Shown here: piece by piece, positions 1 through 7,497 of the stretch
How positions within the stretch are numbered: position 1 is the first letter of the stretch
Layout: every line of letters starts with the position of its first letter
DNA from: a virus
Taxonomy: Duplodnaviria; Heunggongvirae; Uroviricota; Caudoviricetes
DNA length: 19,035 nucleotides
IMG/VR virus record: IMGVR_UViG_2645727555_000005
Span: 1-19,035 of that record
Strand: one strand, 5' to 3'
Made by a program: the position numbers and the translations under genes
The notes under the pieces: model-generated
The model's database searches: none
Told to the model about the DNA's origin: nothing
The model's input: the letters and a program-made list of their open reading frames with translations, nothing else

Positions 1-319
1 GTTCCGTTCATATGAGCAAAAGTGGTGTTGAAGAAACATCCGTTTTGTGATGTTTTTTTAATCTTTTTGGGGTTTTAATTCCTATCGATCAAGTGTGCGG
101 GCACCCAGCAATTACGAGAAAGAATTAGCCGTGTTTTGGGCGACGTTATTACGCCAGATCATCATAAACAAGCCGAGAAAAGTGGCTTGGAAAGGTGTCA
201 CCTTGAGGCGGCATTAAACATTAAGCCGGGGCATACGCTTGGCATTATTGATGCACTATTGGTTCATAAGATGGCCAGGGCTTTATTGCCGCTGGTGGCT
301 GAAAAGCATGAGGCGGACC

Positions 320-604
320 ATGCCAACGAAAGCTGAGTTACAGGCGCGCATAGAGATTCTTGAAAAAGAGAATGCGAGTCTAAAAGGAATGCTGGCGCGG
401 GCGGAAAGGGAATTATCAGGCAAATTATTGCCAGAAGAGCTGCCACCAGCAGATATACCTGATCGAGTGTCCTGGTGGATGAAGTATTTCCGTGCACCGT
501 GGGAGGCGTTTTGGTGCTACGACCATCGCAGATGGTGTGATGAGCTTGATAGCAGTTTCCCCTATTTTGCGGAAGGGAACTCTTGCCCTGAATGTAGGAG
601 TTAA
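320..604 (+). CDS. hypothetical protein, coiled-coil N-terminus with C-terminal Cys/His cluster
   Basis: Same frame as track ORF 239..604. GAGG 6 nt upstream of ATG at 320; ATG at 308 is an alternative start. Heptad-like N-terminus (ELQARIEILEKENASLKGMLARAERE) and C-terminal CYDHRRWC...CPEC cluster. Function not recognised. Confidence 0.4.
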   Translation: MPTKAELQARIEILEKENASLKGMLARAERELSGKLLPEELPPADIPDRVSWWMKYFRAPWEAFWCYDHRRWCDELDSSFPYFAEGNSCPECRS

Positions 605-834
605 TGATGACCGGCGAGCTTTATTTTAAAATGTTTCTCGTTAGGAGTGCAGTCAAAATTTTTGGGCAATACAGGATCGAGAGGAATGCGATTAGGCATA
701 GCTAATTCCTTATTAACTGATTGGCAACGAGGTTACGCTGATCCGTTGGTGATGAATAGTAGCAAAGCGCACAAAATCATCTGCGGTGGTTGATGTACAT
801 AACGCGTTTGCACCAAAGGTGTCTCTTTAATGTA

Positions 835-854
835 TACTGTATAAATGAACAGTA
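835..854 (+). promoter_or_regulatory. LexA (SOS) box upstream of humD
   Basis: TACTGTATAAATGAACAGTA fits CTGT-N8-ACAG exactly; ends 20 bp upstream of the humD ATG and overlaps a TATACT -10-like hexamer. Confidence 0.6.
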
Positions 855-873
855 TTGTTGAGGTTAAAACGCT

Positions 874-1263
874 ATGGGCTTCCCTTCTCCTGCGGCGGAT
901 TATGTTGAAAGCAGAATTTCTCTTGATCAGCAACTAATCAGGCATCCATCAGCGACATACTTCATGCGGGCGGCAGACAGCCATCACCGTGAAGGAATAT
1001 TGCAGGGTGCTTTGCTGGTGGTCGATTCCTCACTTACTCCGGTTGATGGTTCGCTACTTGTCTGCGCTATGGAGGGTGAATATCGCATAAAGAGATACAG
1101 GAAGTATCCGCGCCAGCACCTGGAGGATTTAAGCACCGGGAAGAAAGAGGCGTTACCAGTAGATGACGATGGATGCACGGGCAGTAATGCTGTTTTTGGT
1201 GTGATCACTCATGTCATCAATGATGCCCGAAGTGGGGAGTTTGATGATTGTCCGGTTATTTAA
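874..1263 (+). CDS. humD: UmuD'-like translesion-synthesis accessory protein (HumD-like)
   Basis: 129 aa. Begins GFPSPAADYVE, the position of the processed UmuD' N-terminus, and continues with the S24-peptidase-fold core (SATYF...LLVVD...FGVITHV). P1 HumD has the same pre-truncated architecture (from memory). Confidence 0.85.
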   Translation: MGFPSPAADYVESRISLDQQLIRHPSATYFMRAADSHHREGILQGALLVVDSSLTPVDGSLLVCAMEGEYRIKRYRKYPRQHLEDLSTGKKEALPVDDDGCTGSNAVFGVITHVINDARSGEFDDCPVI

Positions 1264-1298
1264 GCTGCAAAGAGCTGGTGCTTTATGCCTGTGAAGTT

Positions 1299-1330
1299 TA
1301 TAATTGTGTACACATAACGAGTACACGAGG
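1299..1330 (+). promoter_or_regulatory. phd-doc promoter/operator
   Basis: TATAAT at 1299-1304, then palindrome GTGTACAC (1306-1313) and half-palindrome GAGTACAC (1319-1326), then GAGG RBS (1327-1330). Matches the autoregulated Phd operator arrangement. Confidence 0.6.
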
Positions 1331-1335
1331 TGTTT

Positions 1336-1557
1336 ATGCGATCCATTAACTTCCGTACCGCGCGCGGCAACCTTTCTGAAGTGCTCAACAATGTTGAAGC
1401 CGGGGAAGAGGTTGAAATCACCCGCAGAGGCCGTGAGCCAGCAGTAATTGTCAGTAAGGCTACTTTCGAAGCCTACAAAAAAGCGGCGCTGGATGCTGAA
1501 TTTGCATCCCTGTTTGACACCCTGGACTCCACCAACAAGGAACTGGTTAACCGATAA
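1336..1557 (+). CDS. phd: Phd antitoxin (prevent-host-death)
   Basis: 73 aa, [39 protein letters not shown]..., essentially the P1 Phd sequence as recalled. ATG at 1336 preferred over the track GTG at 1330 because of RBS spacing. Stop overlaps doc start (TAATG). Confidence 0.9.
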   Translation: MRSINFRTARGNLSEVLNNVEAGEEVEITRRGREPAVIVSKATFEAYKKAALDAEFASLFDTLDSTNKELVNR

Positions 1558-1937
1558 TGAGGCATATATCACCGGAAGAACTTATTGCGCTTCATGATGC
1601 GAATATAAACCGCTACGGCGGCCTGCCGGGAATGTCAGATCCGGGTAGGGCAGAGGCCATTATCGGGAGAGTTCAGGCCAGAGTTGCCTACGAAGAGATC
1701 ACCGACCTTTTCGAAGTCTCCGCCACCTACCTGGTGGCTACAGCGAGAGGGCATATATTCAATGATGCCAATAAGCGTACCGCGCTAAACAGTGCGCTGT
1801 TATTTCTACGCCGTAACGGGGTGCAGGTATTTGATTCACCTGAACTGGCAGACCTTACTGTAGGCGCTGCGACTGGCGAGATATCTGTATCTTCTGTCGC
1901 CGACACGTTACGTAGATTGTATGGTTCTGCGGAGTAG
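1557..1937 (+). CDS. doc: Doc toxin (Fic-fold kinase, death-on-curing)
   Basis: 126 aa with Fic-type motif HIFNDANKR; near-identical to P1 Doc as recalled; translationally coupled to phd. Confidence 0.9.
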   Translation: MRHISPEELIALHDANINRYGGLPGMSDPGRAEAIIGRVQARVAYEEITDLFEVSATYLVATARGHIFNDANKRTALNSALLFLRRNGVQVFDSPELADLTVGAATGEISVSSVADTLRRLYGSAE

Positions 1938-1941
1938 ATTA

Positions 1942-2139
1942 ATGGCACGTAAATACAACAAGTTGTCCCGTGAAGCGTTAAAGATGCTTCTTGATGGCGT
2001 GAGTCGCCGCGAGGTAAAGCAATACCTGGTTGGTAAGCAAATTGGTGCCAGGACCGCTATTGCTGTGTTATGCCGTCAGGAAATGGTTGTGCTTAAACAG
2101 AGAATGCTTGGTAGCAGACAAAGTGCTTCCAGTATTTGA
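1942..2139 (+). CDS. hypothetical small basic protein (65 aa), possible DNA-binding
   Basis: ATG at 1942 with GGAG 7 nt upstream, directly after the doc stop. Basic, helix-rich sequence (LSREALKMLLDGVSRREV...). Followed by terminator hairpin. Confidence 0.45.
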   Translation: MARKYNKLSREALKMLLDGVSRREVKQYLVGKQIGARTAIAVLCRQEMVVLKQRMLGSRQSASSI

Positions 2140-2142
2140 AAA

Positions 2143-2171
2143 GAAGCCCGCCATACCAAGCGGGCTTTTTG
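2143..2171. terminator. bidirectional intrinsic terminator between convergent operons
   Basis: AGCCCGC (2145-2151) / GCGGGCT (2160-2166) stem, 8-nt loop, T5 run on the plus strand and A/T-rich run on the other. Lies between the stop at 2139 (plus) and the stop at 2172 (minus). Confidence 0.6.
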
Positions 2172-2948
2172 TTATTTCACCTCTTCTGCCGCTGTATCAT
2201 TGGACTGTTCTTCTTTGGCCCGTTCTGCAATCGCCGCACGGCATTTCGCCCTGGCTATAGCGATTGCTTCAGCTCGCACATCGTCTGGAATCGTTGACGT
2301 GATATACATATCCAGTTCTTCGGCACGGAATACTGTTTGGTCCAGATATTCGCGTAGCATCCAGGTAAATTCGAAATCACACGCGATAATCTCTGCGCTA
2401 CCTTCTGCACCATTTGGGAAATGAATAAATGCCTGTTTAGCCAAACCGATAACACGACATGCGGTTGCCAAAACAGCGACAACCAGGTTTACATTTTCAC
2501 ACGCTACGGGCTGATTAACGCCGGAGATTACTCCATTTAACTGTCGGTTATATGGAAGGTAGTTTGAGATGCGTTCTACGCGCCATGTGCCAGTCAGGCT
2601 GCCATTTTTAAAGATAATTGGTGTAACGGATAGCCCAAGCTCGCGTATAAGTCGTTGCGCTATAGCAGGATCATTAAACAGGTCTAATGCTACACATTCG
2701 AAAGACTGCGCAAGGGCAAACAGTTCTTCCAGAGAGTAGTCTTTGCCCCTGGCGGTGATGTAACGACGAACGCCGCTGTCTGCATCACTCCATATAGCTA
2801 CGCCATGCTCTTCATTCAGCTCTTCATTAAAGCCGAGATACGTCATGATAGTGCGTTCAATCGTGTCAAACGGCAGTGACATGTCGGCGTTAACAGCCAC
2901 CAGCAGGCCATTACGCAAGCGGTATTGAATTGTTTTGGTGCTTTCCAT
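2172..2948 (-). CDS. hypothetical protein (258 aa), last gene of the dre-downstream operon
   Basis: Long ORF with GAGTGA RBS-like sequence 6 nt upstream; 6-nt gap from the preceding gene; acidic Ala/Glu-rich C-terminal tail. No motif recognised. Confidence 0.7.
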   Translation of the reverse strand: MESTKTIQYRLRNGLLVAVNADMSLPFDTIERTIMTYLGFNEELNEEHGVAIWSDADSGVRRYITARGKDYSLEELFALAQSFECVALDLFNDPAIAQRLIRELGLSVTPIIFKNGSLTGTWRVERISNYLPYNRQLNGVISGVNQPVACENVNLVVAVLATACRVIGLAKQAFIHFPNGAEGSAEIIACDFEFTWMLREYLDQTVFRAEELDMYITSTIPDDVRAEAIAIARAKCRAAIAERAKEEQSNDTAAEEVK

Positions 2949-2954
2949 GTCAAA

Positions 2955-3605
2955 TCACTCCACTACAAACCAGTCACAAGCCAGTAAATCATCAACAGAC
3001 GGCAACCAAACGCTGTCCATATTTTGTGCATCTTTCAATACGAAATGGTCACCATAAGGAACCTGAATGTCGTGTAAATTGACGCTCCCAGCGAGAACTA
3101 ACCAGCAGAATTGCTTTTCGCCTTTCCACTCGCGTCGAGCTACATTTTTTCCTTCTTTCAGCCACATTAGCGCATCAGAAAAGTCGGCTGCTTCAAGGTC
3201 GATTTCCTCTTGCTGGGTAGTGGTACCACCAGCAGAAATAGTTACGCTCCCGGTAATATTAATCATCACGCCGTTGTCATCCGTAATGATGACCGTGGTT
3301 CCATTTTCGGAGGCGTCGTTAACCAGGCCATAGCATTCCTCAAATGGTTTCTCCGGGGCATAGAACAGATAACCGTTTTCATAAACGATCAGATACCCGC
3401 CAGTTTTTGGTCGGTGTTTTTGTAAAAACATTGCGTCAACACAAACTGTTGCCCCTTTTGGTTCAACGAGTTCAATGCAGCCCCAAAGTGGGGCATCAGT
3501 TACTCCGAAAATAACAACATTTTTGATTTTCGATGCACTAACGTTTTTGTGAGCTTTGTATTTGGGAAGGAACTTAAAAAGCTCTTTCGTTGCCATGTAA
3601 TTCAT
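2955..3605 (-). CDS. hypothetical protein with C-terminal DUF2829-like domain
   Basis: 216 aa. C-terminal ~75 aa (FSDALMWLKEGKNVARREW...LLACDWFVVE) matches the DUF2829 pattern (A..W.K.GK.V.R..W ... DW.hhE). AGGAAAGG RBS directly upstream. Confidence 0.7.
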   Translation of the reverse strand: MNYMATKELFKFLPKYKAHKNVSASKIKNVVIFGVTDAPLWGCIELVEPKGATVCVDAMFLQKHRPKTGGYLIVYENGYLFYAPEKPFEECYGLVNDASENGTTVIITDDNGVMINITGSVTISAGGTTTQQEEIDLEAADFSDALMWLKEGKNVARREWKGEKQFCWLVLAGSVNLHDIQVPYGDHFVLKDAQNMDSVWLPSVDDLLACDWFVVE

Positions 3606-3619
3606 AGCCTTTCCTCTGC

Positions 3620-4114
3620 TTAAAACTTTGCGTACTGAAGCGGTGTGCGCTTGATTTCAAAGTGGTCTTCCGATGTGCTACCAAAGCCACCAGTACCACG
3701 TTCCGTTTCGTTGAGTTCCTCAACCTCGACTAGTGAGACTTGTTCAACACGCTCAAAAATGCCTTGCATGACAGCCATTCCAGGCTTGAGACGAACGACT
3801 TCCCCGCCTGGATCAGTAATCAGTTTTGCCATGATTTCACCGCGATAATCAGAGTCGATAATTCCTACGCAGTTAGCCAGGCGAGTATGTTTTTTGCAGC
3901 CCAATCCGGAGCGCGGATAGAGTTTCAGACACCAGCCGGGCGGGATCTCCATAGCCAGTCCGGTGTACACCCACCAGCTTGAGGAAATTGCACCATTGCT
4001 ATCGACGCATGGTTTTATTTCAACAGCCTCAAAATCCATCGCCGCCGATCCGGAGGTGGCATAAGCTGGAAGTTTTGCTGCCGGATGTAGGCGTTTCACT
4101 TTTACGTAAATCAT
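3620..4114 (-). CDS. dut: dUTP diphosphatase (trimeric dUTPase family)
   Basis: 164 aa with all dUTPase motifs in order: YATSGSAAMD, PRSGLG, GIIDSDYRGEI, MQGIF, RGTGGFGSTS. Start overlaps upstream stop (ATGA). About 15-aa C-terminal extension beyond motif V. Confidence 0.85.
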   Translation of the reverse strand: MIYVKVKRLHPAAKLPAYATSGSAAMDFEAVEIKPCVDSNGAISSSWWVYTGLAMEIPPGWCLKLYPRSGLGCKKHTRLANCVGIIDSDYRGEIMAKLITDPGGEVVRLKPGMAVMQGIFERVEQVSLVEVEELNETERGTGGFGSTSEDHFEIKRTPLQYAKF

Positions 4115-4587
4115 TGTTTTTTAGCTCTCTGCGTGAAGGTGTAAACCCGACGTTTGATATGTGGAACGGTGGGAACAGGAAGACAGGAACTTTCAATAAC
4201 TCCTTGCTCCTCCAGCGATCGCACCGCCCGCAAGAACTGCGACGTGTCGCCGCCAAACTGGCGGGCATAGGTGCTGCCGTTATGAAGTATTTGAGCTATT
4301 ACCCGAGCTTTTGTCTGGCTGTCACGATATGCGAATAGCCGCACGGCCTCTTCTGGCGCAATCGCTAACTGATAGCCTTTCCCGGCACGGTGTCGAATGA
4401 ATCCATGCGCCAGTAGGTTTTTGAGTTCGTTACGAGTGCGAACAGTTCCGTAATCCAGGAAGTGTGGATTGATAACGACTGGCTTAAACCATTCCGTAGG
4501 TGCTTTAGCTAATAGAGTTAACAGATTCCCGGATAATTCTGGATAGGAAGATGGGTAACAATTCAGAGATGGGTAATAAGTTTTCAC
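4111..4587 (-). CDS. hypothetical protein with winged-helix-like segments (possible transcription regulator)
   Basis: 158 aa. C-terminal FLRAVRSLEEQGVIES...KRRVYTFT resembles a MarR/PadR-type recognition helix plus wing; a second similar segment (LKNLLAHGFIRHRAGKGYQL) lies upstream. ATGA overlap with both neighbours. Confidence 0.6.
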   Translation of the reverse strand: MKTYYPSLNCYPSSYPELSGNLLTLLAKAPTEWFKPVVINPHFLDYGTVRTRNELKNLLAHGFIRHRAGKGYQLAIAPEEAVRLFAYRDSQTKARVIAQILHNGSTYARQFGGDTSQFLRAVRSLEEQGVIESSCLPVPTVPHIKRRVYTFTQRAKKQ

Positions 4588-4928
4588 CGACGCCCCCTTG
4601 CAGGATATCGACCTGCATTAGTATCCGGTGCAATAAAGCCGGTAGTGGGGCGAGTGAAAGCAAGATTAATCTTCTCGACCATAGTGCGATAATTTTCCTG
4701 ATAGTGGGCCAGGAGTTTTTCGGCGGCAATGATGGTTACTTTCCGGACGTAGCTTTCTGCTTCCGCCAGATTTCGCCAGTTTTTTTCGAGGGTAAACACA
4801 GGGACGGCCTCAAGCCCGGTCATGATGCCGAACACAACGACAGCATGACTGTTCTTAACACCAGCGGCGAAGGTTACGGTGTAACCATCCACCTTGAAGC
4901 GTCTTGATTCCGTGATTTGACTCTGCAA
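4584..4928 (-). CDS. hypothetical protein (114 aa), first gene of the dre-downstream operon
   Basis: TTG start at 4928 preceded by a strong AGGAGG 5 nt upstream; ATGA overlap with the next gene. Confidence 0.55.
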   Translation of the reverse strand: MQSQITESRRFKVDGYTVTFAAGVKNSHAVVVFGIMTGLEAVPVFTLEKNWRNLAEAESYVRKVTIIAAEKLLAHYQENYRTMVEKINLAFTRPTTGFIAPDTNAGRYPARGRR

Positions 4929-5001
4929 AGCACCCTCCTAAATAGGCGAGGGTACTTTACAGCAAAGGCGTTAATCTAAAAAGATGTGTTAGAAATTTAA
5001 T

Positions 5002-6030
5002 TTAAGAATCCATCAGGCGGCTATTAGCCCCCACAGACACGCCGCCACGGCGAAGATACCGCATAAGTGTTTCCGGTTTCTTCCAGGTTCCTTCCTGCAT
5101 GATCTCCACCATAGACACCTGCTTTTCAGCCATATCAATAGCGGCCCCGACGCGTGCACTATGCCCGGTCCACGTCCGGTATCTTCCTTTGTTTGGCGTA
5201 GCATCTCTTTTATTCAGCAACACCCAGGCGTCGCTGAATATTTTCTCCATTGCAGGTGCAGTAAGGGGCGTTGTCGTGAGCCTGGCCTTATTGCTACGGT
5301 GTATCGGCGGGAACAGCACTGCGTCAGGATGTTCGCGAAGCCCGGAAACATCCAGCCAGTCATTCAGCACAGCGGTAGTGCGACGGGAAAGCACCTTATC
5401 AAGCCCGGCGGCGGTCGTTATTGTCTTCGTGTGTGAAATATGTAGCGTGACAGTGTCACCTGTTTGGTCCAGATCTCCTACACGAATACGCGATATTTCC
5501 GACATACGCATCAGCGTATTGTATGCAACAAAGAGAAAAGCCCGGTTGCGCAGGTCCACCAGCCGTTCTGACCTGGACAGCAGGACGTCGAGCAGTTTCA
5601 GATCGTCCCACCGCAGCGGTATAGCCTGGCCTGTTCGTTCGCCTTTTTCAGTTGCCGCTTCGCGCCGGATGCGCCGCATAGCCAGAGAAACACTTTTATC
5701 ATCCGAAAGTGGTGGAAGGCCACAATGCGAAAGCAGCATGTTCAGCATGGCGTAGTGCTTATCAATGGTGGTCGAAGCCAGATCGGCATCATGCAGCTGA
5801 AGAAAATACTCGCGGGCCATTTCTGGTGAGATCGGAAACCAGGCAAGCTGGCGAGCGTGACACCAGCGCGCCCAGGAATGAAACACCAACCGGAGGTCGC
5901 GCAGAGTATTCGGCGCATAAGCCCCCTGGTCATTCATGAACCGCATAAAGTTTTCTGCGGCTTCCTGGTACTCTTTGCCAATGTTGCGCAGAAAACCACC
6001 GGAACTGCCAGAGATAATTAATTCACTCAT
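5002..6030 (-). CDS. dre: Cre-family tyrosine site-specific recombinase (Dre-like)
   Basis: 342 aa, collinear with P1 Cre. Catalytic positions conserved: Arg in AYNTLMRMSEISRIRVGD (Cre R173 region), H-x-x-R (GHSARVGAA), Trp (EGTW), Tyr nucleophile (MRYLRRG). Arm-binding regions diverge from Cre, consistent with altered site specificity. Confidence 0.92.
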   Translation of the reverse strand: MSELIISGSSGGFLRNIGKEYQEAAENFMRFMNDQGAYAPNTLRDLRLVFHSWARWCHARQLAWFPISPEMAREYFLQLHDADLASTTIDKHYAMLNMLLSHCGLPPLSDDKSVSLAMRRIRREAATEKGERTGQAIPLRWDDLKLLDVLLSRSERLVDLRNRAFLFVAYNTLMRMSEISRIRVGDLDQTGDTVTLHISHTKTITTAAGLDKVLSRRTTAVLNDWLDVSGLREHPDAVLFPPIHRSNKARLTTTPLTAPAMEKIFSDAWVLLNKRDATPNKGRYRTWTGHSARVGAAIDMAEKQVSMVEIMQEGTWKKPETLMRYLRRGGVSVGANSRLMDS

Positions 6031-6182
6031 GAAACTATTTCACCTCTATATACAGATGACGCTACGCGAAAAATATAAAAATGACAGGGTAGCTATAAGT
6101 TAATTTTCAAAATACAAGCCTTTGATTCGAGGCACGTATTTTCAGTGATGTCAACACTGTTCATCTACACATGATTATAGCC

Positions 6183-6214
6183 TAACTTTAAATAATGCCA
6201 ATTATTTAAAGTTA
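6183..6214. other. rox: rox-type recombination target site
   Basis: TAACTTTAAATAAT-GCCA-ATTATTTAAAGTTA: two perfect 14-bp inverted arms around an asymmetric 4-bp spacer. Outer arm bases resemble loxP (ATAACTT...AAGTTAT). Lies 152 bp upstream of the recombinase start. Matches the 32-bp rox site of Dre as I recall it. Confidence 0.85.
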
Positions 6215-6370
6215 TAAAATGGCGATTTTTTTTAATCCATCACAGATTGATTCTGACCAGTAACACGTTGCCTTCATGGTCTTTAATTTGCGAAGTGTGG
6301 TTTATACAGTTGGTTTTCTAAAATTGATGACAAAAAATCACAGTTCGATCCTTTACTCACTCTGTTATTC

Positions 6371-6384
6371 GACATAAATTTGTC
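6371..6384. promoter_or_regulatory. dyad element GACA-N6-TGTC in promoter region of the 345-aa gene
   Basis: GACATAAATTTGTC with AAATTT core, 40 bp upstream of the ATG at 6425 and overlapping a TTGTCA -35-like hexamer. Operator candidate only. Confidence 0.3.
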
Positions 6385-6424
6385 ATAGTAATTTTATGTT
6401 AGAAAACTAAATCGAGTAGGAATA

Positions 6425-7462
6425 ATGAGTAAGAAGTCGATCGAGAAAGAGTACAAACGGTTCCTGCAAACCGCTGAACGGTGGAAAGAGCTGGTGGTCG
6501 CAAACTCTGTTTTCCATGATACCAGTTATGCTGGCGAGGAATTCCGCCATGTTGCATTAACGCATGACCAAAACATATTAGAAGAAGCTGAAAAATGTCT
6601 TGCTGAATGGAAAGCCTTCGTTGACATGTGTCGCGATGCCGACGGCAAAGCGTCGAACATTGTTGAGTCTGTATATTCTCCGATCCCATTCATCATTGAG
6701 GACACCAATCAAAGCACGCATGTTGTTGTGCAAAGCGCTACAACAACACGTACATTTACACGTGAACAATTGCTCAAAAAATACGACAAAATCATAAAGA
6801 AAAGCCTGAAAAATAGGGTTTTTTCTCAAATCGTAGGTGCTCTTGAAGAAGAACAGCGCTTCTTTGAAGCTGAGCCTGAAGGCGAGATCTACCGGGCGCG
6901 TAAAGAGGCATATACAGATGTTGTGCTGACAACAAACATCGAAGGCAGCAATGCCCTTTCTCGCTTTAGAGTTGGCGCACATGGCGCATTGGTTTTCGCA
7001 AGACTACCGAAGACAACGATCCCCGTTGTCAATAATGTTGGTGAACGCCGGAGCATTACAATTTATTCTGGCGTCGAATCGGTACCTTGCAGCCTTCTCG
7101 GCGATTTTAACTTATATCGTGTTCGTGACCTGGAAAAACACCAGCCAAGCTACGTTGCGAAGTCGTACATCTTAAGGAACATCGATATTCGCAATGAAAG
7201 CCTTAAGCAGAAATCCGCTAAGATGCTGGAGGATGCCGATCCGGCTATTCGCCATATCATTGAGCGTAAGATACGTACATCACGTGAAGCAATGGCAAGG
7301 CTGGATAAAATGGATCTGGAATTGTTAGACGTAATGATGGCCTCTGGAGACGACCTGACCGGCATTAAACTAAATGAAGCTCGTAAAAAATACGGCAAAG
7401 CAATCGAAGAACGTTACGGATACACATTCCCCCAAACGCAGTACGCCGCGAAGCTCTGGTAA
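6425..7462 (+). CDS. hypothetical protein (345 aa) in the immunity-region slot
   Basis: ATG with AGGA RBS 6 nt upstream; own promoter region and own terminator. Lys/Asn/Ile-rich, lower GC than neighbours. No HTH or catalytic motif recognised. Convergent with pacB, divergent from dre across rox, which is the P1 c1 position by synteny. Confidence 0.8.
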   Translation: MSKKSIEKEYKRFLQTAERWKELVVANSVFHDTSYAGEEFRHVALTHDQNILEEAEKCLAEWKAFVDMCRDADGKASNIVESVYSPIPFIIEDTNQSTHVVVQSATTTRTFTREQLLKKYDKIIKKSLKNRVFSQIVGALEEEQRFFEAEPEGEIYRARKEAYTDVVLTTNIEGSNALSRFRVGAHGALVFARLPKTTIPVVNNVGERRSITIYSGVESVPCSLLGDFNLYRVRDLEKHQPSYVAKSYILRNIDIRNESLKQKSAKMLEDADPAIRHIIERKIRTSREAMARLDKMDLELLDVMMASGDDLTGIKLNEARKKYGKAIEERYGYTFPQTQYAAKLW

Positions 7463-7471
7463 TCACAACTG

Positions 7472-7497
7472 GCCCCGCATCGCGGGGCTTTATATAT
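7472..7497 (+). terminator. intrinsic terminator after the 345-aa gene
   Basis: GCCCCGC (7472-7478) / GCGGGGC (7482-7488) stem with 3-nt loop, followed by TTTATATAT. Overlaps the pacB stop codon on the opposite strand. Confidence 0.6.

Noticed and set aside
136-336. 66-aa ORF with TTG start at the left edge
   Set aside because: No convincing RBS, no motif, and it overlaps the better-supported 320..604 ORF start region; not reported as a gene.
5099-5755. 218-aa plus-strand ORF antisense to the recombinase gene
   Set aside because: Lies entirely inside dre on the opposite strand; Ser/Arg-rich low-complexity translation; no RBS. The Cre-like frame explains the region.
6578-6982. 134-aa minus-strand ORF inside the 345-aa gene
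   Set aside because: Antisense to a well-supported ORF with RBS and terminator; Cys/Phe-rich composition typical of an AT-rich antisense frame.
6425-7462. Calling the 345-aa protein a C1 repressor homolog
   Set aside because: Only positional evidence. I could not find collinear similarity to the P1 C1 sequence as I recall it, and my recollection is not reliable enough. Left as hypothetical.
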